DNA of 64,000 nt from Candidatus Pacearchaeota archaeon (GCA_038895375.1 JAWANM010000001.1:3587-67586), one strand, 5' to 3'. Positions 1 to 10,121 are shown, counted from the first letter of the stretch. A program made the numbers and translations. Notes: generated by a model from the sequence alone, not told the origin.

Positions 1-542
1 TCGCGATAAGGAAACAACAACAATCCTTTTTCTCTTAAAAGTTTTTGACCCATTTCTTTTACAAGAGGCAAATGCTCTTTGGAGACGCCTGCTGTGAAAA
101 AAATCCTGTCATAGGTTTGATTCCATATTGGGTTTTCTTTGTCGAGAGCATCACCCACCACGAATCGAATTTCAAATCGTTTTCTAAACTTTTTGTCCAA
201 ATGAGCTATAAAATTGTTTATGTTTTTGATAGCATTCTCTGTTAAAGGTTGAAAAATTTCTATAGTTGTGACTTGTCCAGGATAAACAAGCCAAGAAACA
301 AGAGCAGCATGATAGCCGGTATTTGTTCCGACTTCGAGAACATCGAGCCCGGGCCTGAGTTCGAGTTTTCTCAACATTCTCGCGATTGTCGTAGGTTGAC
401 TTATTGTCTGACCGAAAGCAATATGCTTGGCCTCATCGCTATAAGGATCGTCCTTAACAAAAAATTTTCTATCAACAATTCTAAAAGCTTGTTCGATTTC
501 TTCCGGCAATCCGGGGTTGTTAATTTTTATCGATTTTATCAT
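1..542 (-). CDS. pcm: Protein-L-isoaspartate O-methyltransferase (partial, runs off window start)
   Basis: Manual minus-strand translation from ATG at 542: MIKSIKINNPGLPEEIEQAF...GQTISQPTTIARMLRKLELRPGLDVLEVGTNTGYHAALVS. This is the PIMT SAM-binding motif. Not in the ORF track because the ORF is open at the window edge. Confidence 0.7.
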   Translation of the reverse strand, partial: MIKSIKINNPGLPEEIEQAFRIVDRKFFVKDDPYSDEAKHIAFGQTISQPTTIARMLRKLELRPGLDVLEVGTNTGYHAALVSWLVYPGQVTTIEIFQPLTENAIKNINNFIAHLDKKFRKRFEIRFVVGDALDKENPIWNQTYDRIFFTAGVSKEHLPLVKEMGQKLLREKGLLLFPYR

Positions 543-747
543 CAATTCCAATTCGTTTTTTACTGGAACGAAAATTTTTTTCTGAATCTTGCTTTTTTTT
601 GTTTTTTTCTTCCTAGATTTTATTTTTCTATGTTTTCTCTTCTTTTTGCTCTTTTTCATAAAGATTTTAAAAACAAAATGGTTAATAAAGTTTCTGTTTC
701 ACGAAAAGCCACACAACATTTAAATAGAAACAAACTCTAAGCCAACT

Positions 748-1983
748 ATGAACAAATTCGTAACAACCATAGTAGTAGTGACGCTTTTAATAATCGGAAT
801 TGTAGGAGCGGCATTTTTTCTTTATCCTTACGAACCGAAAAAACCGCCGAGAGCAGACGATAGCGATTCAACGCTACATGGCATTCAAGAAGTTGTTGGC
901 TCGAACAACAAATTCGCTTTTGAGTTGTACTCCAGAATGGCCAATTACGAAGAAAATGTTTTCTTTTCTCCTTACAGTATTTATGCTGCTCTGGCAATCA
1001 CTTATGAAGGTGCAAAAGGAAGAACTGCCGAAGAAATCAAAAAAGTTTTCCATTTTCCGGAAAGCAGAGTATTGAGACCAAATTTTGCAGCAATCTACAA
1101 TTCTTTAAATGAAGAGCAAAAGAATTGTGAGCTTAAGACAGGAAACGCCTTATGGATACAAAAAGACCATCCTTTGCTTGAAGATTATAAAAGCAGAGTA
1201 GAAAAGTATTATGGCGCTAAAGCAGCCAACCTCGATTTTACTAAAGAAGAATCGAGACAAATGATTAATAATTTTATCGAAGAGCAAACAAACGGCAAAA
1301 TCAAAGATCTTATACCTAAAGGTTCTTTAGATCCAACAACTAGATTGGTTATTACAAATGCTATCTACTTCAAAGGAACCTGGTTATGGGAATTCGATCC
1401 AAAAAATACAAGAGAAATGGACTTCAAGGTAAACCAAACAAAAGTGGTAAAAGTTCCTATGATGTGTATGAAGCCAGATAAACCAAGATTCAACTATGCC
1501 GATCTAGATGATTTACAAATACTGGAGTTGCCTTACAAAGGAGAAAAAATTTCTATGCTGATTTTATTGCCGAAAGAAAATCTCGAAAGGATTGATTTAA
1601 CAGCAGAAAAAATTGAAGAATGGAAAAGTAAGATGGAAGAAACCAAATTGGACAGTATCTGCATACCAAAATTCGAACTTAAAACTAAATATTTGATGAA
1701 CGACCATCTCAAAGAATTGGGGATGCCTACCGCCTTTACTATAGAAGCGGATTTTTCTGGCATGAGTAAGGAAAAACTCTTTATCAATTTTGTAATTCAT
1801 CAAGCATACGTTAAAGTTGACGAAAAAGGAACAGAAGCGGCTGCAGCAACCGCAGTTACCATGGTGATGGCAACACCAAAAATGAAAGAATTCAAAGCAG
1901 ATCGTCCATTTATTTTTATAATTCAAGAAAAAATTACAGGAAATATTTTGTTTATAGGAAAGATAGTCGACCCTACGAAATAG
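748..1983 (+). CDS. Serpin (serine/cysteine protease inhibitor) with N-terminal TM/signal anchor
   Basis: SPYSIYAALAITYEGAKGRTAEEI and ITNAIYFKGTWLWEFD motifs. Hinge/reactive-centre loop DEKGTEAAAATAVTMVMATPK..RPFIFIIQE. N-terminal hydrophobic segment. Confidence 0.85.
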   Translation: MNKFVTTIVVVTLLIIGIVGAAFFLYPYEPKKPPRADDSDSTLHGIQEVVGSNNKFAFELYSRMANYEENVFFSPYSIYAALAITYEGAKGRTAEEIKKVFHFPESRVLRPNFAAIYNSLNEEQKNCELKTGNALWIQKDHPLLEDYKSRVEKYYGAKAANLDFTKEESRQMINNFIEEQTNGKIKDLIPKGSLDPTTRLVITNAIYFKGTWLWEFDPKNTREMDFKVNQTKVVKVPMMCMKPDKPRFNYADLDDLQILELPYKGEKISMLILLPKENLERIDLTAEKIEEWKSKMEETKLDSICIPKFELKTKYLMNDHLKELGMPTAFTIEADFSGMSKEKLFINFVIHQAYVKVDEKGTEAAAATAVTMVMATPKMKEFKADRPFIFIIQEKITGNILFIGKIVDPTK

Positions 1984-1987
1984 CGCT

Positions 1988-3211
1988 TCATCCAAGTTTC
2001 CTTTCAATTCTTAAAAGTTCATGCAGTTTTGCAAATCTTTCTTTTCCAAGAATTCCTGCTTTGATTATAGGAATTTGCCATCCTACTGCGAAGTGCGCTA
2101 GAGCATTATCGGAGGTTTCGCCAGAACGATGTGAGATTATGGGTATTAAATCATGCTTCCTCGCAAGCTCAACAACTTTTTTTGTTTCAAGCAAGCTCGC
2201 TACTTGATTCGGCTTTATTATTATAGCATTAATTGCTTTAAGCTTGATTGCTTTCTCTGCACGCTCTAAAGAAGTGCATGTCAAATCGTCACCACAAACC
2301 AAACAGTTCGTTGTTCTTGTTAGGGCAGCAAAATAATCAAAAGCTTCTTCATGAAAAGGATCTTCGACATAGAAAAGATTGTATTTTTTGATAAGCTCTT
2401 CAATGTATTGCTTCTGTTCCTCGTTTGTCAATGCCTTTTGTTTCTTTTTTTCGCTGAAATTTTTGTATTTGTAGTGCTTGGCTTGCCACAAAGAGTTTGC
2501 AGCAATATCTACTCCGAGCTTTAACTTTATATTGAATTTTTCTTTTATTTTGTCTCTAACTTCTAACATAATTTCAAGAACTTTTTCATTGTCAAGCGTG
2601 GCGGCCAAAGCGTTTTCATAAGTTAGGGTATTGTGCCATGTTTTATCTTTTTCTTTGAGTAAAGCTTTTGCTTCTTTGTATGCCTGAAGATTGATAAAAT
2701 AAGCATCGGAAAAGTTTTTTGTTTCTGGCATGATCAAAAATTCCTGAAAATCTGTTTTAAGTTCTTGTTCTGTGTGTTTACCGCCTCCGATGCAATTTCC
2801 TAGAGGCATTGGCATTTCGATTTTTTTCTCACCTGCAAGAAACTGCCATAGTTCTTTTCCTTGAGAAAAAGCCATGGCTTTCAAAACAGCAGTCTCTAAA
2901 GCGTAGAGAGCGTTTCCTCCGATGAGCGAAAAATCTTTAGTTTTGTCAAACTTTCTTACAAGTTCCTCGATTTTTGCAAGATCCTCAAAGGTTTCAAAAG
3001 TCAGTTGTTGTATAGGCTTTTGAAGCGCATTTATTACTCTAACTGAAAAGTCTATGCCTCTAATCGAAAAAGCCCTGACTTCATGCTTGCCTTTGCTCGA
3101 GCCTTCTGGAGCGCTAGCCTCAAAAGTTTTTTCCGTCTTGACAGTGACTGCAATCGTTTCTTCGTTTTTACTATTAAGAATTTTTCTCGCAAATACCTCC
3201 TTTATTTGCAT
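1988..3211 (-). CDS. eno: Enolase
   Basis: C-terminal SHRSGETSDNALAHFAVG motif. 407 aa. Adjacent to rpoK, a conserved archaeal neighbourhood. Confidence 0.9.
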   Translation of the reverse strand: MQIKEVFARKILNSKNEETIAVTVKTEKTFEASAPEGSSKGKHEVRAFSIRGIDFSVRVINALQKPIQQLTFETFEDLAKIEELVRKFDKTKDFSLIGGNALYALETAVLKAMAFSQGKELWQFLAGEKKIEMPMPLGNCIGGGKHTEQELKTDFQEFLIMPETKNFSDAYFINLQAYKEAKALLKEKDKTWHNTLTYENALAATLDNEKVLEIMLEVRDKIKEKFNIKLKLGVDIAANSLWQAKHYKYKNFSEKKKQKALTNEEQKQYIEELIKKYNLFYVEDPFHEEAFDYFAALTRTTNCLVCGDDLTCTSLERAEKAIKLKAINAIIIKPNQVASLLETKKVVELARKHDLIPIISHRSGETSDNALAHFAVGWQIPIIKAGILGKERFAKLHELLRIERKLG

Positions 3212-3241
3212 AACTATTTTCAGAAAAAGTTATATAAAAAC

Positions 3242-3541
3242 TTAACTTTCCTCGCTTGAAGTTTTTTCGCTTTCGACTTTCCTCGAAGGTTCTTCTTCGA
3301 TGAGCTCTTTTATTTCTTCTTTAAACTCTACTTTTCTAGGTTTTGGACGTTTCACTGTTATAGGTAAAACTCCAGCTTCAAATTCGGCTTCAGCTATTTT
3401 AATCGGATCATAACGCATTTCCTCTAGTTGTTCTTTACTCAACTTTATTAGTATGGGAGCGTTTGCACTAATCTGCAAAGCACGAGCTCCCAAAATTCTT
3501 GCAATCTCGTACTTCGTATATTTTTCTTGAACTTTTTTCAT
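3242..3541 (-). CDS. rpoK: DNA-directed RNA polymerase subunit K (Rpb6 homolog)
   Basis: [27 protein letters not shown] matches the Rpb6/RpoK core. Acidic C-terminal tail. Confidence 0.75.
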   Translation of the reverse strand: MKKVQEKYTKYEIARILGARALQISANAPILIKLSKEQLEEMRYDPIKIAEAEFEAGVLPITVKRPKPRKVEFKEEIKELIEEEPSRKVESEKTSSEES

Positions 3542-3568
3542 TTTTATTGATTCTTAAACTTTATTTCT

Positions 3569-4378
3569 TTATTTGCTTTTAAATTTAATTTTTTCTCGAA
3601 GTTTTTTACCTTCTTTTACCAGAGTTTCTAAAATGTCTAACAATTTTTCTATTTCGATTGCTTCTTTACCATCTTTAAGCAAGCCGTGAATTATCGGTTC
3701 TTTATCGTAAACGACAGAAACTGTAAGCTGAAGAGTTGAAGCTTCTTGTTCTTCAGAACAAGGATCTAAAACAAAGGAATCGCCAATTTTATAAGCCGTT
3801 ATCGTTACAGGAGGCTCGTTCAGAGGAAGTTTTTTCTGCGTCAAACTGCCGAATTCTATCTTGCCGTTTTCGAATTTTGGAAATTTTGTGTCTAAAAGCG
3901 CGAGAACGCCTGCAAGAGCGCTCGCATCGATAAGATTGCCATCGTCATTCAAAGCGTAAATATCTAAAAAGATTGCCCAAACTAGCTTTCCTTCCTCTAT
4001 GCACAATTTTTTGAAATCGATAAATCCAGACTCGCGAATAGCTCTATCTACGATTCTAGCCAATTTTACAGCATCTATGTCTGGCGGACCCAACTCGAAT
4101 TTTTCCGAGGCAAGCGGATGAAGTTCTGCATCCACTATAAGTATACCCTCGTCTGGCGTATCAGGAAAAGGTTCGAGAACTTCTAACTTCGTTCCTGCTA
4201 TTACTTCTGTTTCTCCTATTCTTACACGTACAGAACCTTCTGCCTTGGAAGAAACGTTGAACTCTATAAAAATGTCTCTAAATTCATAAGGTTTTCTGGC
4301 ATCAATTCTTCTTCCCTTTTCAAGCAATTCACAAATTTTCTCTTTGGTCAGATTTGAAAGCTCCATTTTATTCAGCAA
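3569..4378 (-). CDS. rrp42: Exosome complex component Rrp42 (RNase PH-like, inactive)
   Basis: RNase PH fold signature R.DGR...E.R.I....V.....GS. Last gene of the Rrp4-Rrp41-Rrp42 order. 10-nt overlap with rrp41. Confidence 0.8.
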   Translation of the reverse strand: MLNKMELSNLTKEKICELLEKGRRIDARKPYEFRDIFIEFNVSSKAEGSVRVRIGETEVIAGTKLEVLEPFPDTPDEGILIVDAELHPLASEKFELGPPDIDAVKLARIVDRAIRESGFIDFKKLCIEEGKLVWAIFLDIYALNDDGNLIDASALAGVLALLDTKFPKFENGKIEFGSLTQKKLPLNEPPVTITAYKIGDSFVLDPCSEEQEASTLQLTVSVVYDKEPIIHGLLKDGKEAIEIEKLLDILETLVKEGKKLREKIKFKSK

Positions 4379-5087
4379 TCTTTTTAAGCGCTTGTTTTTG
4401 TATTGTTTCCAGTTTCAAACAAACTTTTTTTCCAAGTTCTAAAGCTTCTTTAAGCTCTGAAAGAGTTATATGACCATCGAGATGTAACAAAGAAAGTTTT
4501 TTCGAGCGCGGAAGAAATGCTAAGGCTATATCTGTAGCTGCTTTGATCTCTTTTCCATCTTTCTTTATTTTGTATTGCTCTTCATCATGGCTAAGATCTA
4601 CAACAATAGCATTGCCGACTTTGCCAACAGAAACTGCAGTAACCAGTTCGCTCATAGGAACGCCTGCAGAGGCCAAAGCCATCGAAGCAGCGTTTATAGC
4701 AGCGCATCTTGTAGAAGCATCTGCTTCGAGAATTTCAACATAAACATCGATTACTGTATTTGGAAAAGGTTCAAGGAGTACTGCCGGCTCGAGCGCTCTC
4801 GTAATTTCATCTGAAATCTCCAAACTTCTACGGCTTGGACCAGGTCTTTTTCTTTCTGCTACAGAAAAACTTATCATGTCATAATAACATCTAAGTATTG
4901 CTTTTTTCGGATTTTGTAAATGCTGCGGATAAAGCTGTCTAGGTCCATAAACAGCTGCTATAGCTTTACTATTGCCAAAAGCAAAAAAAGCAGATCCGTC
5001 TGCTCTCTTAATTACATTTATTTTTGCTTCTATTTTTCTCGTTTCATCAAAAGCTCTACCATCGGGTCTATTGAATTTTTCGCTCAT
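4368..5087 (-). CDS. rrp41: Exosome complex exonuclease Rrp41 (RNase PH)
   Basis: RPDGRAFDETRKIEAKINVIKRADGSAFFAFGNSKAIAAVYGPR. 4-nt overlap with rrp4. Confidence 0.85.
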   Translation of the reverse strand: MSEKFNRPDGRAFDETRKIEAKINVIKRADGSAFFAFGNSKAIAAVYGPRQLYPQHLQNPKKAILRCYYDMISFSVAERKRPGPSRRSLEISDEITRALEPAVLLEPFPNTVIDVYVEILEADASTRCAAINAASMALASAGVPMSELVTAVSVGKVGNAIVVDLSHDEEQYKIKKDGKEIKAATDIALAFLPRSKKLSLLHLDGHITLSELKEALELGKKVCLKLETIQKQALKKIAE

Positions 5088-5767
5088 TTTTTCTTTGCTT
5101 TCCTTAAAAATTCTTTTACATGATCTGTTAAGCCTTCTATAAAAGGTTTTTCAACAATAATTTTTATAGCTTCTCTTGCAAGCATTTCTTCTTCTATGCT
5201 TGGGCCTTTGATCCATATTAAACCATTTTGTCCTACGATTATGCTACAGTTAGTTTCTTGTTTTACTGTCGTAACCATGCTGCCTTCTTTTCCTATAATT
5301 CTAGGTACTCTTGTCGGGTTTACTCGCATCAAAAAGCCGGAAGTTAATTTTTTGCATGTCCTATCTTTCATTGTCAGTTCTACGCTTCTAGTCTTAATAC
5401 TTCGAACTTTGCTTACTATAATGTCGTTAACATCATAATACTCTGACAAATCTTTCTTATTTACATATCCTGCACATTCTGTTATCGGCAAAAAACCGAG
5501 ATGTGGCGACAATATGTCTACAATCCATCCATTGAAAGTAATGTCTATTACTTGTCCTATTACGGTGTTTCCGACTCTAGGTATATAAGTACCACTCAAA
5601 GGAATTACTTTAACAAGTTTGTCTGTTTTTTCTAGCAAACCAAATCTTAAAGCTACTATGTCTTTTCCTTCTCTTCTCGTTCCTTCACCGGGTAAAAAAT
5701 CTTGACCCGATGCGAGAATTTCACCGGGAACTACAATTTCTCCTCTAAGCTTCTCTTTCTTTTCCAT
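5084..5767 (-). CDS. rrp4: Exosome complex RNA-binding protein Rrp4 (S1 + KH)
   Basis: S1 domain (IPRVGNTVIGQVIDITFNGWIVDI). KH domain (VPRIIGKEGSMVTTVKQETNCSIIVGQNGLIWIKG). Confidence 0.85.
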   Translation of the reverse strand: MEKKEKLRGEIVVPGEILASGQDFLPGEGTRREGKDIVALRFGLLEKTDKLVKVIPLSGTYIPRVGNTVIGQVIDITFNGWIVDILSPHLGFLPITECAGYVNKKDLSEYYDVNDIIVSKVRSIKTRSVELTMKDRTCKKLTSGFLMRVNPTRVPRIIGKEGSMVTTVKQETNCSIIVGQNGLIWIKGPSIEEEMLAREAIKIIVEKPFIEGLTDHVKEFLRKAKKK

Positions 5768-5996
5768 TTTCTTCCTCGATTTTTGATGCTATTTTAATCA
5801 ATTCGAAAAAATTTGGTAAAAATAAAAGCAAGCGCCATCTTGAGTGCGGCGGTGCAAACTTGTTTATCCATTCATAAAAGAAAAAATTTTTTTCCACCCG
5901 GACCTTGATTTCTCTATTCTGCTCTTCTTCGATTTCCTTCAAAAGTTTTTCTATAAAATTGTCTTGAATTGTTTCTTCATAATTCATTTTCTTCAA
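5745..5996 (-). CDS. Hypothetical small protein (83 aa), possibly spurious
   Basis: ORF fills the rrp4-SBDS gap and overlaps both neighbours (23 nt and 4 nt). Low-complexity K/E/F-rich sequence. No recognisable motif. Confidence 0.2.
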   Translation of the reverse strand: MKKMNYEETIQDNFIEKLLKEIEEEQNREIKVRVEKNFFFYEWINKFAPPHSRWRLLLFLPNFFELIKIASKIEEENGKEREA

Positions 5997-6676
5997 GATT
6001 TAATTTCTTCGGTAATTGCAGATCCTTTTGTTAAATTGTTTAATTTATTATAAAATTCGAATTGCATTCCAGCCGGCAAATCAAGAATACATTTTAAAGA
6101 GCCATCGTTGAGCCATTCCTCTTTCTCTTTTCTGAATTTTTGTAAAAAAGAATATACTTGAGCTGTATATTGTGCCGGGACTGTAACGCTGATTTTTTTT
6201 GTTGCAATTTTTATTGGAATCTTTTTTTCGAGTTGTTTTAGTATGGCCAAAGCTTGTTCCATCGTGTCTCGATCATCTATTTTAACTCCTATCTCTTTGA
6301 TTGTATTTTCGAGCAGCGTTAACGTGTATGGCATATTCGTCCTTGGGTCTATACAATTTTTAGCTAGAAAATCTAGAATTTGCTTTAATTTTGCTTCTCT
6401 CGCTTTATCTCTGTACTCTTGCGGCAGTTGTATTTCCCCCTGCTTCAAAATCTTTGCAGCAATTTCATAAATGTCTTGAGTTCCAAAAGCTGTTTTCAAA
6501 TCATTGGAAGAAGCCCTAAGACCTTTTTTGTGATCTGTAAATATAACGTCTGTTACGAGAATTTCTCTAATAGCACCAACATCAAGTTTTCCTTTTTTGA
6601 ATTCTAATGCTTTATCACAATCAACAAGTATTTCAAAAGATTTATTTTTAACTCTTAATTTTGCGATAGTATCCAT
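5993..6676 (-). CDS. sdo1: Ribosome maturation protein SBDS/Sdo1
   Basis: VTDVIFTDHKKGLRASSNDLKTAFGTQDIYEIAAKIL is the SBDS N-terminal (FYSH) domain. Canonical position between psmA and rrp4. Confidence 0.8.
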   Translation of the reverse strand: MDTIAKLRVKNKSFEILVDCDKALEFKKGKLDVGAIREILVTDVIFTDHKKGLRASSNDLKTAFGTQDIYEIAAKILKQGEIQLPQEYRDKAREAKLKQILDFLAKNCIDPRTNMPYTLTLLENTIKEIGVKIDDRDTMEQALAILKQLEKKIPIKIATKKISVTVPAQYTAQVYSFLQKFRKEKEEWLNDGSLKCILDLPAGMQFEFYNKLNNLTKGSAITEEIKS

Positions 6677-6685
6677 TTTGAAGAA

Positions 6686-7408
6686 TTACTTTACATACTT
6701 GCTAAGCTGTTCCGGAGACAATTTTTTTGTTTTTTGATCTGATTTGGTAACATAATAAACGTCAAATCTTAGAAGATTGAAAGCCTTGCCGAGAATTTTT
6801 TTGAAAATGTTCAATGCCAATTTTATTCCTTGTTCTATTGTCATGCTTTCCTTATAAGACTCTCTCAGCATTTCAATGATTTTATCATCATTCTCGCCTA
6901 TGGCCGTAGCTTTATAACAAAAATAATTTCCTGTAACTTCACTAACGAAAAGTTTGACTGTTTCGTCTGTATTGACCCCGGCAATCATTATCTTTGTTCC
7001 GAAAGGCCTAACTCCGCTATATTGAGTATAAGCTTGTTTTATGTTTGCTATTTCCTTCATAACGCTTTCGACATCTATAGGCTCTTCGTAAGTTATTTTA
7101 TGCTGTTGTGCAAGAACTTGTGCTCTTTCTATAAGAATTCGAGCATCGCTCAAAACGCCTGCTGCACTAGCAATAATATGATCATCAACTTGATAAATTT
7201 TCATCGAAAATCCGGAATCCATCAGAGGATCGACAATTCTTTTATCTGTAACTATTAGCACGCCATCGCTGCAAACCATACCGATGCTTGCACTTCCTAG
7301 TCTTACTGTTTTTTCAGCATACTCTACCTGCAGCAATCTGCCTTCTGGCGAAAAAAGAGTGGCTGCTCTATCATAACCCATAACTTGATGTTGCATCTCA
7401 AAAGCCAT
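6686..7408 (-). CDS. psmA: Proteasome subunit alpha
   Basis: GYDRAATLFSPEGRLLQVEYA alpha-subunit N-terminus. 240 aa. Confidence 0.9.
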   Translation of the reverse strand: MAFEMQHQVMGYDRAATLFSPEGRLLQVEYAEKTVRLGSASIGMVCSDGVLIVTDKRIVDPLMDSGFSMKIYQVDDHIIASAAGVLSDARILIERAQVLAQQHKITYEEPIDVESVMKEIANIKQAYTQYSGVRPFGTKIMIAGVNTDETVKLFVSEVTGNYFCYKATAIGENDDKIIEMLRESYKESMTIEQGIKLALNIFKKILGKAFNLLRFDVYYVTKSDQKTKKLSPEQLSKYVK

Positions 7409-7537
7409 TTTAAAAATCGTTTAATTATTTTTTCTTTCCTTTACCTTTTACTCTTATTAAAAAAGAGAGATGATTTATAAAGGTTTCTATATAGCGCTTT
7501 CTAAAAGTCAAGAAAATAAAGCACGAGTTTAAAATTG

Positions 7538-7555
7538 AAAGCTCCGAGGAGCTTT
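7538..7555. promoter_or_regulatory. Perfect 8-bp inverted repeat AAAGCTCC-GA-GGAGCTTT in the divergent psmA / pilin-cluster intergenic region, followed by T5
   Basis: Read directly from the sequence. Could be an operator site or a hairpin. Confidence 0.3.
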
Positions 7556-7623
7556 TTGCTTTTAAATAGCATGCATAAAAAAACTTTTAAACTTATGAAG
7601 CGATAACTAACAAAAGAGGGAGA

Positions 7624-8142
7624 ATGAAAAAAGCACAAGCAATGGGTGTTCCTTTTCAGCTTATCTTTTCCTTAATACTTGTAGCTGCTGTAATCGTTTT
7701 TGGTTTTTTTGCAATAAGAATGTTTTTGCAGAGAGCAGAACAAGCAAAATTTGGGGTTGCTTTTAAAGAATTTGAACAAGAAATACAAAGCGTTTGGCAA
7801 GAAAGCGGTGAAAGCAATAAAACAATAAGCGTGCTTGTTCCGAAAAAAGTAGAAGCTGTTTGCTTTGTGAACAGAAGCGCAAGCTGTAGAGATCCTTATG
7901 GAATTTACGATTTTTGTAATTCAATAAATTTATATTCTAGTAATAAAGAAAATTTTTTCTTTTATCCTCTTGGAATAGCAGAGCAATACAATAGCAAATC
8001 GGCATGGTCTTTATTGTGTCAAGATCATTCTTGTGTAAAACTAAGCAGCGTACAATGTTTTTTCAAAAATGAAAGAAATGAAGTAAAAATTAGATTGGTA
8101 AAAGAGTATGGAGATCCTCTAATTAAGCTTTACTCTGCCTGA
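7624..8142 (+). CDS. Class III signal peptide (archaeal type IV pilin-like) protein, Cys-rich
   Basis: N-terminus MKKA|QAMGVPFQLIFSLILVAAVIVFGFFAI fits the [KR][GA]|Q plus hydrophobic-stretch prepilin pattern. GGGAG RBS 6 nt upstream. 9 Cys in the mature part. Confidence 0.55.
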   Translation: MKKAQAMGVPFQLIFSLILVAAVIVFGFFAIRMFLQRAEQAKFGVAFKEFEQEIQSVWQESGESNKTISVLVPKKVEAVCFVNRSASCRDPYGIYDFCNSINLYSSNKENFFFYPLGIAEQYNSKSAWSLLCQDHSCVKLSSVQCFFKNERNEVKIRLVKEYGDPLIKLYSA

Positions 8143-8156
8143 AGCTTTGATCAAAA

Positions 8157-9074
8157 ATGAATAAAAAAGCTATAGAATTTGCATGGATCTTTTCGATTAT
8201 CATAGGTGCTATCGTCTTGTTTCTTGCTTTTTACTTTGTCGGCTCGCAAATATTTTTGAAAGAAAAAACAGAAGCTACCGAACGAGCGCATAGTCTTGAC
8301 ATATTGTTCAATCCTTTCGCTTATCTTGGTGCAATGGGTGCTGTTACTGCTAAGCCGATAGAATTGCAAAAAACAGCAAGCCTTGAGTTTGATTGCTTTG
8401 CAGAAGGACTCGGAAGTAATGTGATAATGGTTGATTCTGGCTTGCCGAGAAGCGTATATGACAAGTATATTTTTGCAGAAAATTTTCGTGCAAAAAAAAT
8501 ACAAACAATAAGCAAAGCTTTTTCAATGCCGTGGCGTGTTGCCGATTTGATTTTTGTTTTTCCTTCAACAAAAGAGTATTGTTTTGTAAGAGCTCCACAA
8601 AAACTAAAACAAGAGCTAGAACTGCTTAACATTACAAACATAAAACTAGAAAATTCGATAGAAAATTGCGAGGAAAATGCTACAAAAGTTTGTTTTTCAA
8701 GGCTAGAAAGTTGTGAAATAAAAGTTAATGGCTTAGAAGCAGATTATTCAAAAGGTTACGTTGAAAAGCAAAACAAAAAATTGTATTTTGCTGGCGATGA
8801 TTATGCTTTAATGCTAGGAGCTATTTTTTCTAGTAAAGAATTGTACGATTGTAATGTTAAAAGAATCGCTTCAAGGCTTGAAGCGCAGATTGAAGTTTAT
8901 GAAGAAAAAAGAAGAATGATGGCACAAAGATGCACAAGCATGATAAATTTGGAGCGTTTAGAGCAAAAAGCATCACGGCTTCTCGCGAATGTAAATGAAG
9001 AAAATATGAATGCTTTGTATGATGCAGCTAAAGAAATTGAAAATTTAAACTCTTATGATTGTCCTTTGTTTTAA
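8157..9074 (+). CDS. Class III signal peptide (pilin-like) protein
   Basis: MNKKA|IEFAWIFSIIIGAIVLFLAFYF. Rest predicted extracellular. Confidence 0.5.
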   Translation: MNKKAIEFAWIFSIIIGAIVLFLAFYFVGSQIFLKEKTEATERAHSLDILFNPFAYLGAMGAVTAKPIELQKTASLEFDCFAEGLGSNVIMVDSGLPRSVYDKYIFAENFRAKKIQTISKAFSMPWRVADLIFVFPSTKEYCFVRAPQKLKQELELLNITNIKLENSIENCEENATKVCFSRLESCEIKVNGLEADYSKGYVEKQNKKLYFAGDDYALMLGAIFSSKELYDCNVKRIASRLEAQIEVYEEKRRMMAQRCTSMINLERLEQKASRLLANVNEENMNALYDAAKEIENLNSYDCPLF

Positions 9075-9546
9075 AATGCTTAGAAAAACTCAGTTCAAGA
9101 TACAAGAAATGGCGTTTGTTTTGCTTGCAGTAGTCTTGCTTTTCGGACTTATTTTTGTATTTTTTGCGAGATTCGAATTTGCAAGAGTTAGACAGCTAGC
9201 AGAAAAAACAAGAGAAGAAAGAGTAATAACTCTTGTTAGAAGTATAGCATCTATGCCAGAGCTGAGATGTTCGGGAAGTATTGTAAAGACAAGCGAAGCT
9301 GCTTGCCTCGATCTTGACAAAGTTCGTGCATTCAATGAAAGCTCGGCTTTAAGAGAAAGATATAAAAAATTATGGACAAGCAGCTATATTACAGAAGTCG
9401 TTGTTCAAGAGATTTATCCTTCGAATAAAGTTTATTATGTTTATAAAGGGCAAGCAAGCAATTTAAGCTATTTTAGCTTTTTTCCTTTATGCTCTCAAGA
9501 AAATTGTAGTTTGGCGAGATTGAGCGTTGGTATAAAGATAGACTGA
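9055..9546 (+). CDS. Pilin-like/N-terminal TM protein
   Basis: N-terminal ..KIQEMAFVLLAVVLLFGLIFVFFA hydrophobic helix. Overlaps the upstream gene by 20 nt. Cys-containing ectodomain. Confidence 0.4.
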   Translation: MIVLCFKMLRKTQFKIQEMAFVLLAVVLLFGLIFVFFARFEFARVRQLAEKTREERVITLVRSIASMPELRCSGSIVKTSEAACLDLDKVRAFNESSALRERYKKLWTSSYITEVVVQEIYPSNKVYYVYKGQASNLSYFSFFPLCSQENCSLARLSVGIKID

Positions 9547-9556
9547 AAGTTGAAAA

Positions 9557-10039
9557 ATGAAACGTAAAGCACAGGAAGAGATGATGGGTTTTTTGATAAT
9601 TGTTGTAATTGTAGTAATAATAGGTCTTGTTTTTCTTGCTTTTTCATTAAGACAAAAAACAAAAAGCGTTGAGCAACATAAAATGCAGGCAGATGATTTG
9701 CTTCAGGCGGTGCTTCTTTATACTACCGACTGCAAAAAAGATTATATGCTGAATGTAAGAGAACTCATCAGAGAATGCAATACTAATGAAGGAAATTGTG
9801 ATGATCAAACAAGGATGTGCGAAAAACTGAACGAAACTTTAGGAAAACTTCTAGATAAAGCCTTGGGCACTAAAATAGAGAATGCTTTTATTCATGGCTA
9901 TTGCCTTGAAATAAACAGCTCAAGATACTTGAAAATAGAAAAAGGCAACTTGACTGGAAATTATTTTAGCTCTGTTGTTCCTATACCTGTTGGCTATAAT
10001 GCTGAAGCTATTGTTAGATTAAGGTTATATCATGGCTAA
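9557..10039 (+). CDS. Class III signal peptide (pilin-like) protein, Cys-rich
   Basis: MKRKA|QEEMMGFLIIVVIVVIIGLVFLAF. Mature part has 8 Cys (TDCKKD..ECNTNEGNCDDQTRMCEKL..GYCLEI). Confidence 0.55.
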   Translation: MKRKAQEEMMGFLIIVVIVVIIGLVFLAFSLRQKTKSVEQHKMQADDLLQAVLLYTTDCKKDYMLNVRELIRECNTNEGNCDDQTRMCEKLNETLGKLLDKALGTKIENAFIHGYCLEINSSRYLKIEKGNLTGNYFSSVVPIPVGYNAEAIVRLRLYHG

Positions 10040-10121
10040 ATTGTTTTGCTTTGTTCAGATTGGCGTTAGTTCTCGAATGTTCATTAGCTTTGATATTTTG
10101 AAAGCCGAGTAGCTTTAGTGC

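Noticed and set aside
249-740. 163-aa plus-strand ORF opposite pcm
   Set aside because: Antisense to a well-supported PIMT gene. The translation is low complexity (F/L/N-rich).
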